Below are positions 7,725-16,832 of a stretch of 20,000 bases of DNA, piece by piece; position 1 is the stretch's first letter, and each line of letters begins with the position of its first letter. The position numbers were made by a program, and so were the translations under genes. The DNA is from an uncultured Methanosarcinales archaeon. Its GTDB lineage: Archaea > Nanobdellota > Nanobdellia > Woesearchaeales > CAYSVS01. The DNA is taken from positions 50,195-70,194 of the forward strand of contig CAZPRK010000006.1 in NCBI GenBank assembly GCA_964589485.1, written 5' to 3'. The notes below the pieces were generated by a model that saw only the letters and a list, made by a program, of their open reading frames with translations, did not search any database and was not told the origin of the DNA.

Positions 7725-9485
7725 TCACCCTGTATAATAATATTTCCCACTACTCTTTTGTTCTCTGTCTTTAACACTTCCAGGTTTATTTATCCTAGCC
7801 ATGTTACTTTCTTTATCTCTTCTGAAAGTTATTTCTAAGTCTTTCAAAAACATAGTCATTCCTTCATTCATTTTAAATGGTCCTTTCGCAACTCCTTTCT
7901 TTGCAGGCATACCATCAAAAACCATTATACTTTTGGATAAATGATCTAAAAATAATAAATCATGATCTACAACTAATGAAGATGCACCTTTATGTTCCAT
8001 AAAATCTCCTAAAACTTTACTTACAATTAATCTTTGTTCAACATCTAAGTATGCTGAAGGTTCATCTAATAAATATAAATTTGCATTTTTTTGTAAAGTA
8101 TCTGCTATTGCGACTCTTTGTAATTGCCCGCCTGATAATTCACATATTTTTTTGTTAAATAAAGGTTCTAGATTTAAAGGTTTAATAATTAGTGAGTCTA
8201 ATTTTTGAATTGCGTCTTGCAATACAACCATAACTAATTCTTCACTATCTGAGTTAATATATTGAGGTTTGTAACTAACCTTAATATCCCCTTCAACTTT
8301 TCCTTTATCTGATTTTTCTGCTCCAGCTAATATTTTTACAAAAGTAGTTTTACCTATTCCATTTTCTCCTAATACTCCAATTACATTTTTCTTTACAATA
8401 ATTCCAGGTTCAGCATGTAAAGTAAATTTATCTAATTTTTTATTAACTTCATTCCATGAACATAATTCTTCTTTAGAAACAATTTTATCATCTGCTCTTG
8501 TATCGAATTTAATTGCTTTATCTCTAATACGCATATTTTCTTCTCTTAAATAACCACTTAGATAAGTGTTAATTCCTTGTTTTGTAGTTTTTGGTAAAGA
8601 AACAACACCAAAAGTATTTTCACTTCCGTACATTAAATGGACTAAATCTGTCATGTAATCTAAAATAATTAAATCATGTTCAATAACTAATACTGCAGTG
8701 TTTTCATCAGCTAATTCTTTGATAAATTTACTTACTTTAATTCTTTGTTTAATATCAAGATAAGATGTTGGTTCATCAAAAACATATAAATTTGCATCTT
8801 TTAGTACAGTTGCAGCAATTGCTACTCTTTGTAATTCTCCGCCTGAAATTTTACTTATATCGTTATCAAGTATATTCTCTAATTCTAAAATTTTTGAAAT
8901 TTTTTCAATTTCATTTTTTTCATCAACCTTTTTTAATAAATCAATAACTTTACCTTTAGTTTGTTTTGGAATTAAATCAACAGATTGAGGTTTGTATGCA
9001 ATTTTTATTTCTCCTTTTTTTACTTTTTCAAAAAACTTTTGAGATTCAGTTCCTTTGAAATATTGAATTAAATCATCGTATGTAGCTTCTTTTTCCCACT
9101 TTCCTAAATTAGGTTTCATTACTCCTGCTAATATTTTAATTGCAGTTGATTTTCCAATTCCGTTTTTTCCTAAGACACCTACAACTTTTCCAAATATTGG
9201 CATTGGTAGATTATATAATGCAAATTCATTTTCTCCATATCTATGAATTGGTTGTTCATTTAAGCTTTCAGGAAGGTTTATGATATTAATTGCATCAACT
9301 GGACATTTGACAACGCATATATTGCAACCTATGCAAGTCTCTTCATTGATTAATGGTTTGTTAAAATCTCCTACTGTTACACATTCTGTTCCTGATCTGT
9401 CAACTGGACAAACTTTATGGCATTGAAACTCACAACCATTTCCATTAATACATTTTTCTTTATCTATAACTGCAATTCTAGTCAT
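7725..9485 (-). CDS. rli: Ribosome recycling ATPase ABCE1/RLI (2x[4Fe-4S], twin ABC domains)
   Basis: Cys clusters CINGNGCEFQCHKVCP and CIGCNICVVKCP; two Walker A motifs (GKNGIGKS, GENGIGKT); SGGELQ and SGGQLQ signatures; DEPT/DEPS; FRRD and RINK. The true start is most likely MTRIAV at 9485 rather than 9605, since the extension overlaps the divergent gene and its promoter. Confidence 0.97.
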   Translation of the reverse strand: MTRIAVIDKEKCINGNGCEFQCHKVCPVDRSGTECVTVGDFNKPLINEETCIGCNICVVKCPVDAINIINLPESLNEQPIHRYGENEFALYNLPMPIFGKVVGVLGKNGIGKSTAIKILAGVMKPNLGKWEKEATYDDLIQYFKGTESQKFFEKVKKGEIKIAYKPQSVDLIPKQTKGKVIDLLKKVDEKNEIEKISKILELENILDNDISKISGGELQRVAIAATVLKDANLYVFDEPTSYLDIKQRIKVSKFIKELADENTAVLVIEHDLIILDYMTDLVHLMYGSENTFGVVSLPKTTKQGINTYLSGYLREENMRIRDKAIKFDTRADDKIVSKEELCSWNEVNKKLDKFTLHAEPGIIVKKNVIGVLGENGIGKTTFVKILAGAEKSDKGKVEGDIKVSYKPQYINSDSEELVMVVLQDAIQKLDSLIIKPLNLEPLFNKKICELSGGQLQRVAIADTLQKNANLYLLDEPSAYLDVEQRLIVSKVLGDFMEHKGASSLVVDHDLLFLDHLSKSIMVFDGMPAKKGVAKGPFKMNEGMTMFLKDLEITFRRDKESNMARINKPGSVKDREQKSSGKYYYTG

Positions 9486-9557
9486 ATTGAGTAAGATTAA
9501 AAGGAAGTTTAAAAATATTGCTAAATATTTATAAGGATTCGTTAGAGTATTGTTATC

Positions 9558-10241
9558 ATGAGTAGTATTGATGATGTATTGGATGGAGCAGTGCCTAGTT
9601 TTCATAAAAATGAAAATCTTGAGAAGAAAATAATATTAGAAAAAGAGGATATCATGACGCTACCTGCTTTACAAGCTTATAATGAAATTTTAACTGATGA
9701 ATGGTTTGAAACTTTTATGGACATTGAAACAAATTATAGACTATATTACGGGTCATTAGCATCTAGCATTGCGACATTTGTAGGTATGTTATATGATCGT
9801 GATTTTTTCCCCATTTTTGCTGTTTCGGTTGCACTAACTATAGCTTCCCAACACCATATAAAAAATAAACAAAAAAAAATGATTGAGAAAGACAATGCAA
9901 TAAATTATTCAGATTTTTTGTTTAGGATTTATTTTAAAGATATTAAACTAGGTGATAGAATATTGGCACAAGAACATTCTCACTTTAGTTTTGATTACGC
10001 AGCATCAGATGAATCAAGAAAAGTAATTTGTAAATTAGAGTTAGGTGACAAAATTAGTTATGACGACTTAACAACAATTCCAAAATATGCCCCATTAACT
10101 GTAGATTCAGACATGGGATATGCTGTATTCGATGGCGTTTTAGAATTGCATTCTTCGTTAATTTCAAAGACACCAAGAAAATTTACTGAAAGTTATTTAA
10201 AACATAAAGATATCAGAAGGTTAATTCCAGTATTAAAATGA
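9558..10241 (+). CDS. Hypothetical membrane-associated protein
   Basis: 227 aa with a hydrophobic hairpin (LYYGSLASSIATFVGMLY and FFPIFAVSVALTIAS). TTTATAAG lies at 9528-9535. ATGA overlap with trm1. Confidence 0.72.
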   Translation: MSSIDDVLDGAVPSFHKNENLEKKIILEKEDIMTLPALQAYNEILTDEWFETFMDIETNYRLYYGSLASSIATFVGMLYDRDFFPIFAVSVALTIASQHHIKNKQKKMIEKDNAINYSDFLFRIYFKDIKLGDRILAQEHSHFSFDYAASDESRKVICKLELGDKISYDDLTTIPKYAPLTVDSDMGYAVFDGVLELHSSLISKTPRKFTESYLKHKDIRRLIPVLK

Positions 10242-11296
10242 AAGAAGTAGATGAAGGCAAGGCAAAGATAGATGTTCCTAAAGAAGATAAAGTATCTAAG
10301 GAATTAGAAGTGTTTTATAACCCAAATATGGAATTAAATAGAAGTATTTCAATTGCATTGTTAAACTCCATAGAAAATAAAGATATGCAGATAGCCTTAC
10401 CTTTAGCAGGAAGTGGAATAAGAGGGATTAGGTTTCTATTAGAGTTAAAGAATAAAATAAAAAATATTTCGATGAACGATTATGATAAAAATGCTTATTC
10501 TTTAATTATAAAAAATCTAATTAAAAATAGAGCTAAAGCTAATGTTACACAAAAAGATGCAAATTTATTTTTAATGGAAAGTTCTGGATTTGATTATATA
10601 GATATTGATCCTTTTGGAAGTCCAAATTTTTTATTAGATTCTGCTTGTAAACGAATATCAAGAAATGGTATATTGGCTGTAACAGCTACAGATACTGGAG
10701 CTTTGGCTGGAACTTTTAAAGAAGCTTGTTTGAGAAAGTATTTTAGTAAACCGTTAAAAAATGAATTAATGCACGAAATAGGATTAAGAATTCTAATTAG
10801 AAAAGTTCAATTGATTGCTGCTCAATATGAAAAAGCATTAATGCCAATATATTCTCATTCTACGTTACATTATTCTAGAGTTTATTTTAAAGTTGTTAAA
10901 GGTGCCAAGTTGGTTGATGAATTAATTAAAAATCATCTTTATTTTTTATATTGTAAAAAATGTATGAATAGAAAATTTAGTCAATATAATAAAGAAACTT
11001 GCGAATGTGGAGATGAATTTATTTTTTCTGGACCTTTATGGACAGGACAATTATGGGATAAAGAATTAGCAATGAAAATAGATAAGATAATTAATAATAA
11101 AATGACTAACTTTATTGTTGAAGAAAGTACAGTTGATGTTGTTGGGTTCTATGATATTCATGAAATTTGTAAAAATTATAAATTACCTATTCCTAAATTA
11201 GAATTATTGAATGAAAAAAGAACTCATTTCTCAGGATATGGAATTAAAAGTGAAAAAAATATAAAAGAAATTGTTAAAAATTTAACCCATAGCTAA
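10238..11296 (+). CDS. trm1: tRNA (guanine-26-N2)-dimethyltransferase
   Basis: VFYNPxMxLNR, LAGSGIRGIR, DYIDIDPFGSP, TATD, HEIGLRIL, HYSRVY, CxxC...CxC and GPLWTG motifs. Confidence 0.95.
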   Translation: MKEVDEGKAKIDVPKEDKVSKELEVFYNPNMELNRSISIALLNSIENKDMQIALPLAGSGIRGIRFLLELKNKIKNISMNDYDKNAYSLIIKNLIKNRAKANVTQKDANLFLMESSGFDYIDIDPFGSPNFLLDSACKRISRNGILAVTATDTGALAGTFKEACLRKYFSKPLKNELMHEIGLRILIRKVQLIAAQYEKALMPIYSHSTLHYSRVYFKVVKGAKLVDELIKNHLYFLYCKKCMNRKFSQYNKETCECGDEFIFSGPLWTGQLWDKELAMKIDKIINNKMTNFIVEESTVDVVGFYDIHEICKNYKLPIPKLELLNEKRTHFSGYGIKSEKNIKEIVKNLTHS

Positions 11297-11560
11297 ATCC
11301 ATTTTATGAACTTCTGCAGATTGAACACCTTCAACTGTTTTCATTTCATCTGCAATATCGTCAAACTTTTTTCCTTCAATTTCATACATTGCTAAAACCA
11401 TAACTGCTTTTAGTCCAAATGCAATAGGTACTTCTTCTGTTCTCATATCGCCAATTGATCCATGTTTTTTTGCAATAGATAAAGCTTCTGATTTAACTTT
11501 TTCTAAGTCTGTTTCTGGTGATTCTGGCATTAATTTAAATGTTATAATAGCATCTGACAT
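11282..11560 (-). CDS. ef1b: Translation elongation factor aEF-1 beta
   Basis: KLMPESPETDLE and PIAFGLKA signatures; SD GAGGTG upstream; follows a Zn-ribbon gene, as is typical in archaea. Confidence 0.95.
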   Translation of the reverse strand: MSDAIITFKLMPESPETDLEKVKSEALSIAKKHGSIGDMRTEEVPIAFGLKAVMVLAMYEIEGKKFDDIADEMKTVEGVQSAEVHKMDLAMG

Positions 11561-11571
11561 TTTTCCACCTC

Positions 11572-11742
11572 TTAGTTAGGACCTGTAAACTCGCACTCTG
11601 AGCATTTATATTTTACAGCCTTTTTTCTACAGTCAACACATCTAATAATTTCTTTTTTATCGCAACTAGGACAATTGAAAATTACGCTACCAACAGCGTT
11701 ACTTATTCTAGATTTGCATGAAACACAATATTTTTCTTCCAT
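11572..11742 (-). CDS. Small Zn-ribbon protein (DUF1610/HVO_2753-like), 56 aa
   Basis: Not in the ORF track. Manual translation: MEEKYCVSCKSRISNAVGSVIFNCPSCDKKEIIRCVDCRKKAVKYKCSECEFTGPN*. Four CxxC pairs and a C-terminal FxGP; SD GGAGG at 11752-11756; TTTATAAA at 11780-11787. Confidence 0.93.
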   Translation of the reverse strand: MEEKYCVSCKSRISNAVGSVIFNCPSCDKKEIIRCVDCRKKAVKYKCSECEFTGPN

Positions 11743-11792
11743 GAATATTCGCCTCCAAAACTTAAAACTTTAGTAGTTGTTTATAAAAGTTT

Positions 11793-12650
11793 CTATGAGT
11801 TTTGATTTATTGAATAAATTCCTTTACTTCTAATGATAGATCCATTTGAAAGTAAGACATTAAGCATAACCATATCAACACTAGATGATTGTTTTGCTAA
11901 TTCTTTATAACTTAAAGGACCATTTTTGTTTAATAAGTCTATTAAAGTTAATCCAAAATTATGTTCACTTTTTTTTGATACTTCATTTCTATTTTTTTTT
12001 ACTACTCTGAGTCCGCCTCTTGTCCTTTTAATTCCTTTTAATGCAATTTTTCCGTTTTTTTGTTTTATTACTTTTTCTGTTTTGAATAATTTATCAATGT
12101 CATGATAAACTATCCATTTCGGTATTTCATATTGTTTGGAAGTTAATTTTGCTATTTCAAGACTATTATATTCTTTTTCTTTTAATATTTCAAGAATATA
12201 TCTTTGTCTTTCTTTACTTCCTTCTGAAGTAATTTTTTCATCTAATGGAATATTGCTATAAAAACCATGTCCGTAAGAAAATATTTTTTTATTTATTAAG
12301 TTTTTAATTAGAGTATTAGCAGTATTTAATGGTATTTCGAATTCATAACAAATTTCTTCTAAAATTTTTGACCTTTTTTTAACTTGTCCATCAAGAAGAA
12401 ATTTAATGTATTCATTTTGCTCTTCTTTTTTTGAAGGGTTTACTTTTTTTTCATTAAATTCTCTAGAATAAACTCCTCTGCTTTCTCTTTTTATTAACCC
12501 TATGCTTAATAAGTTATAGAGAGATGATCCAATTGCACTTTTAGACTTTCCGGTTATTTCAGATACATGGGAAACAATGCTATCATATTTTGAACTTCTA
12601 TTTATATTAAGGTATTGCAAAATCTCAGTTCTTACAATATATTTTCTCAT
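11793..12650 (-). CDS. Hypothetical basic protein with about four tandem winged-helix-like modules
   Basis: Four modules of about 50-60 aa, each ending in an L..L...G/K.I....GxY-type wing: LYNLLSIGLIKRESRGVYS, IKNLINKKIFSYGHGFYS, IDKLFKTEKVIKQKNGKIAL and LNVLLSNGSIIRSKGIYS. Confidence 0.72.
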   Translation of the reverse strand: MRKYIVRTEILQYLNINRSSKYDSIVSHVSEITGKSKSAIGSSLYNLLSIGLIKRESRGVYSREFNEKKVNPSKKEEQNEYIKFLLDGQVKKRSKILEEICYEFEIPLNTANTLIKNLINKKIFSYGHGFYSNIPLDEKITSEGSKERQRYILEILKEKEYNSLEIAKLTSKQYEIPKWIVYHDIDKLFKTEKVIKQKNGKIALKGIKRTRGGLRVVKKNRNEVSKKSEHNFGLTLIDLLNKNGPLSYKELAKQSSSVDMVMLNVLLSNGSIIRSKGIYSINQNS

Positions 12651-12716
12651 AAAACTCAGAATATTTAACTAATTTTAAAAGAATTACTGTAAAACATACA
12701 ATATTATGAAGAAAAC

Positions 12717-12724
12717 TTTATAAA
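12717..12724 (+). promoter_or_regulatory. BRE/TATA (GAAAAC-TTTATAAA) of leaderless rpl10e
   Basis: Consensus TATA 25-32 nt upstream of the ATG at 12749, preceded by a purine-rich BRE-like stretch. Confidence 0.6.
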
Positions 12725-12748
12725 TAAGCTCCTAATTTTTAATATTAT

Positions 12749-13264
12749 ATGGCAAAATTACGAAAAGGATGTGCTTATAGGAGAGTAGAAAGACCTTATA
12801 CTAGGCACAGTAAGTATAAAAGTAAAAGTTTTGTAAGAGCTAAACCTAATTTACTTATTGTAAAATTTGATCTAGGCGATGCTTCTAAAGAATTTACAAA
12901 TAAAATTGATTTAGTTTCTAAGGAGCATTTACAAATAAGGCATAATGCATTAGAATCAGCAAGACAAACTGCAAATAGAGTTTTAGAAAAAGGTTTAGGT
13001 AAAGGTAATTATCATTTAAAAATTAGAGTTTTTCCTCATCATATTCTTAGAGAAAACCCTTTAGCTTCAGGAGCTGGAGCAGATAGAATGTCAACTGGAA
13101 TGAAGAAATCTTTTGGGAAAGTTATTGGTGTTGCGGCTAGAATTAAGGAAGGTCAAGCTATAATGACATTGAGAGTTAACCAGAATCAAGTAAAAACAGG
13201 GAAATTAGCTTTAAAAAGAGCAAGTCATAAATTTGCATGTAAATGTGCTATACTTGACGTTTAA
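12749..13264 (+). CDS. rpl10e: 50S ribosomal protein uL16 (L10e)
   Basis: RPYTR, QIRHNALESAR, RVFPHHILREN and GAGADRMSTGMKKSFGK are L10e signatures. Confidence 0.97.
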   Translation: MAKLRKGCAYRRVERPYTRHSKYKSKSFVRAKPNLLIVKFDLGDASKEFTNKIDLVSKEHLQIRHNALESARQTANRVLEKGLGKGNYHLKIRVFPHHILRENPLASGAGADRMSTGMKKSFGKVIGVAARIKEGQAIMTLRVNQNQVKTGKLALKRASHKFACKCAILDV

Positions 13265-14199
13265 ATTTTATGTGCATCTTCTAATTTGATACATTTATAC
13301 TTTTTAGAAAACTCTTTAGGTATATTCTTAATTAAATCTGTCTTACTTAGAAAAACAAACATTGGTTTATTTAATTTATTCATTTCATCGTATAATTTTT
13401 CTTGATCTGATAAAGGGTAAGAACTTTCAGTTAAATCAAATACATATATTATTTTTTCAGCTAAGTATTTTAATGCTAGGTAAGCTTGTCTTTCGTGGAT
13501 ATTCATCTTATTAAATCTATTTAAAGTACCAGGAGTGTCTATAAATTGAATTTTTTGTTTATCATCTTCATAATATCCTAAATTTATTCCTTTTGTTGTA
13601 AATGCGTAATTTGCGATTTCTGCTTTTGCATGTGTTATTTTTGCAAGTATGGTTGTTTTTCCCACATTTGGAAATCCTGCAATTGCAATAGTTTTCATTG
13701 AAGTTTTTATTGATGGAAAATGTCTCATTACTTTTCTAGATTCTTCAATATTTGCAAGGTACGTTTTCATTTGTTTCATTAAACTACTAACTCTTCCATA
13801 AAATTCTCGTCTATAACTGTTTATTGAAGTGATTTGCCTTGCTTTTGTGATTTTTCCAGAGTATAATGTATTAAATTCAGTTACTTTTTTGTTGGCCCAA
13901 TTTAATGAACCTAAACTTTTTTTAAGTAAACCATGGTCTAAACTAATTTTAACTAATTCTCTGTAAAAATCATCTAAATTATCGACCATTGGAAAATCTT
14001 CTACTATTTTCTTTAATTCTTGTCTAAGGATGTCTGATATAATGTTTATTTTAAGCAATTCTATTGTTTTTGATTTTGTAAGTTGGTTGTCTTTTGATTT
14101 TTTAGTTCTCGCTAATGATGCTTTATTTTGTGCTCGGCTTATAGCTTTATCTAAGTAGAATTGATAGTTTTCAATTTTTTTAATATCGTTAAAAGACAT
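13261..14199 (-). CDS. Nog1-family (Obg-like) GTP-binding protein
   Basis: Helical N-domain (FPMVDNLDDFYREL, REFYGRVSS), G1 GFPNVGKT, switch I NYAFTTKG, G3 DTPG and G4-like SKTD. Confidence 0.92.
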   Translation of the reverse strand: MSFNDIKKIENYQFYLDKAISRAQNKASLARTKKSKDNQLTKSKTIELLKINIISDILRQELKKIVEDFPMVDNLDDFYRELVKISLDHGLLKKSLGSLNWANKKVTEFNTLYSGKITKARQITSINSYRREFYGRVSSLMKQMKTYLANIEESRKVMRHFPSIKTSMKTIAIAGFPNVGKTTILAKITHAKAEIANYAFTTKGINLGYYEDDKQKIQFIDTPGTLNRFNKMNIHERQAYLALKYLAEKIIYVFDLTESSYPLSDQEKLYDEMNKLNKPMFVFLSKTDLIKNIPKEFSKKYKCIKLEDAHKI

Positions 14200-14237
14200 G
14201 GAAAACTTTAAATATGCGAAATTTATAAATGTTTGCT

Positions 14238-14723
14238 ATGCTAAACTTTTTATGGAATCAAAACTTGAATTTGTTCATCAATGAAAGAAATAACCTTGGT
14301 GAAACTTTTGTTAAAAATTTATCGGAAATTAAAATTTTAAGTAAACAATATAGCGCAGAAACTGAATCAATTAAACATAGTAATGAACTTAAACAAGCAA
14401 TGATTCACACTACTAATTATGTAGATGAAAAACTATCTTTTTATAGAGAACTTAATAAAGATCCTGCGCATTTAGTTTCTATTCATAAACTTCAATTAGA
14501 AAATGCATCTACTTTAGATAATCTTCATGATTTAATGTCAAGAAAAATATATCATTCTAATGATAGATTTAGTCAGAAATTAAAAGAAAATATTGATATT
14601 ATGAAGCAAGTTATTGATTTAAATTGTCACATTATACAAAAAATATCAACTAAGTCTGAAGAGTTTAATGATTTCGATGATAAAAATGTAGTTCGAAGAG
14701 GAGATAATTTTTTTCCTGTTTAG
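14238..14723 (+). CDS. Hypothetical helical protein
   Basis: The ORF track gives 14229. The second ATG (14238) fits better with TTTAAATA at 14207-14214, and ATG 14229 overlaps the Nog1 TATA box. No family recognised. Confidence 0.62.
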   Translation: MLNFLWNQNLNLFINERNNLGETFVKNLSEIKILSKQYSAETESIKHSNELKQAMIHTTNYVDEKLSFYRELNKDPAHLVSIHKLQLENASTLDNLHDLMSRKIYHSNDRFSQKLKENIDIMKQVIDLNCHIIQKISTKSEEFNDFDDKNVVRRGDNFFPV

Positions 14724-14938
14724 ATTTTTTTTAAAACAAGAGTAAATCCAACAACAGGCCCAAGTTGAGCTTTACATTCTGTTGCAATTTCTTGAGCTAA
14801 TTTTTTTCTATCTTTATCCTGAATAAATGACTTTAGAAATTTTAATTTTATTGTTTTATGTCTTTTAAGTTGTTTTTTAATTTCATTATATACACTAATG
14901 TTAAGACCGTTCTTTCCTATAATTAAATCTGCTGCCAT
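14720..14938 (-). CDS. YhbY/CRM-domain RNA-binding protein (minimal)
   Basis: IGKNGL...EIKKQLKRHKTIKLKFL and VVGFTLVL CRM-domain motifs; overlaps the antiporter 3' end by 16 nt. Confidence 0.88.
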   Translation of the reverse strand: MAADLIIGKNGLNISVYNEIKKQLKRHKTIKLKFLKSFIQDKDRKKLAQEIATECKAQLGPVVGFTLVLKKI

Positions 14939-16605
14939 TGTTTTCTTCTTTCTGTTAAATCTTTAATATGTATGTTTTTTTCGATTTTAAATTTATTTTT
15001 GATGTGATTGAATTTATCTAACATTAATGAGACGTGATGCCCTCCTAATAAATGTGGCATAATTACATAATTTGCTCCATTTTTATATAAATCTAACGCC
15101 TCGTCTATTTGGTTTGCAGTAACTACTTTGATCATTTTGTTGTTTCTTAGTTTAGTTTCTTTTAATAGTAATTTATTATCTTTTACATCAGGGTCAGTTG
15201 AAATAAGTAATTTGGCGTTATCTAATGGTATTTTTTTTAATAAATCAGAATCTCCAACGTCTCCGTAAATACATTTTATATTTTTCTTTCTCATTAAATT
15301 TTTAATTATTTCTGGATTATAATCGACAATTAAAATTTTCTTTTTACCTAAACTTTTTACTATGCTGTATCCTATTCTGTTATATCCACAAATAATTACA
15401 TCTGGTTTGAATTTTTCTGGAACATTTTCTAATTCTTTGGCAGCAACATTTTCAAAAAATTTAATTTTATTTCCAATTAAATCGAATATTTTATGGTCGT
15501 ATTTAATAAAATATGATGTTGTTATTATTGTAGTCATAAGTAACATTATTGTCATTGAAAAAAAATCTTTAGTTACATGGCCTAGAATTAGTCCTTGGCT
15601 GACTATGATTAGGCTGAATTCACTTATTTGAGTTAATGAAATTGCTGCTAAAAAAGATGGTCTTCTATTGTATCCAAAAAAACTACATATTGTCATAGTT
15701 ATTAGAGGTTTAATTAAAATTATTACGATTACTCCTGCAATCAATGGGATTAATAACGTTGTAACTGATCCTAAACTTAATTCTAGCCCTAATGAAACAA
15801 AAAATAATGTTGCAAAAAATGATTTTAAACTTTCTGCTTTACTCATAATTTCTAAATGATACGGTAGGTTACCTAGAACAATTCCTGCCATGAAGCTACC
15901 TATTACTACTGAAAATCCAATATAATTAAAGAATATTGAGAATAAAAATAATACTGATACTGCGACTAAGAATAATAATTCTTGCGTTTTTGCTGCGAAT
16001 TTAAAAATTCCAGGGAAAATATACTTTCCTGCAAGTAAACAGATTATAACTGCGCCTATTCCTTTTGCTATTGATATTAGCATTATTCCTATGGAAAATT
16101 CATTTATTGTATTTAGTATTGATAAAACCATAACAACAAAAATATCTTCGATTAGTAAGAATCCTATAATTAATCTTGCGTGTAGTGTATCTAATTCGCA
16201 TTTATCTGATAAAATTTTTAATACGACTGCTGTGGATGAAAATGTTAATATTATTCCGAAATATACTGCTTCTAAACTTTTAAACCCAAAATATGTTGCA
16301 ATTAAAAAACCTAGGTTAAATAATAAAAACATCTGAGTTATTCCGCCAATTGTAGATACTTTGGCTACGTTCTTTAATTTTTTAAAGTCAATTTCAAGTC
16401 CTACTATAAATAAAAGAAATGCTATTCCTATTTCTGATAAAGTTAAAATTGTGCTAGAATTAGTGATTAAATGCATTATTGGTCCTACTATTATTCCTGC
16501 TATTATATAACTTGGAATCATAGGTTGTTTGATTAGTTTGGTTGTATACGCCCCAATTGTTGCTAATATAAACATTAAACCTATTTCAAAAAAAATATTT
16601 TGCAT
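14923..16605 (-). CDS. CPA2/Kef-type cation:proton antiporter with C-terminal TrkA-N (RCK) domain
   Basis: About 12-13 hydrophobic segments with LLFIVGLE, FSSTAVVLK, LLIED and LTQISEFS; RCK motif ICGYNRIG...YGD; SD GAGGGTGA upstream. Confidence 0.93.
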   Translation of the reverse strand: MQNIFFEIGLMFILATIGAYTTKLIKQPMIPSYIIAGIIVGPIMHLITNSSTILTLSEIGIAFLLFIVGLEIDFKKLKNVAKVSTIGGITQMFLLFNLGFLIATYFGFKSLEAVYFGIILTFSSTAVVLKILSDKCELDTLHARLIIGFLLIEDIFVVMVLSILNTINEFSIGIMLISIAKGIGAVIICLLAGKYIFPGIFKFAAKTQELLFLVAVSVLFLFSIFFNYIGFSVVIGSFMAGIVLGNLPYHLEIMSKAESLKSFFATLFFVSLGLELSLGSVTTLLIPLIAGVIVIILIKPLITMTICSFFGYNRRPSFLAAISLTQISEFSLIIVSQGLILGHVTKDFFSMTIMLLMTTIITTSYFIKYDHKIFDLIGNKIKFFENVAAKELENVPEKFKPDVIICGYNRIGYSIVKSLGKKKILIVDYNPEIIKNLMRKKNIKCIYGDVGDSDLLKKIPLDNAKLLISTDPDVKDNKLLLKETKLRNNKMIKVVTANQIDEALDLYKNGANYVIMPHLLGGHHVSLMLDKFNHIKNKFKIEKNIHIKDLTERRKQWQQI

Positions 16606-16685
16606 TAATTCACCCTCTTTTATAATTTAATATTATATACTAATAATAATCTGTATTCTTGGTGTTTAAATATTTTTCTACTTTT

Positions 16686-16742
16686 TTTGATTTGATTTGA
16701 TTTGATTTGATTTGATTTGATTTGATTTGATTTGATTTGATT
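16686..16742. repeat. Perfect pentanucleotide microsatellite (TTTGA)11 plus TT
   Basis: Counted directly: 11 identical units at 16686-16740, in the intergenic region between divergent genes. Confidence 0.98.
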
Positions 16743-16832
16743 CTATGGTTATGTGTAAATTTAAACTAAAAAGCTTTGTATATACATAACATAGTAATAC
16801 TGTGTTTGGGTTAATGTGTATGGTGATAATAT

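Noticed and set aside
7342..8947. ORFs 7342-7587 (-) and 8765-8947 (+)
   Set aside because: They overlap better-supported genes and have implausible composition.
9486..9605. 40-aa N-terminal extension of ABCE1 in the ORF track
   Set aside because: It overlaps the divergent gene and both TATA boxes. The family-typical start is MTRIAV at 9485.
15362..16336. Three plus-strand ORFs inside the antiporter gene
   Set aside because: Antisense shadows of a well-supported membrane-protein gene.
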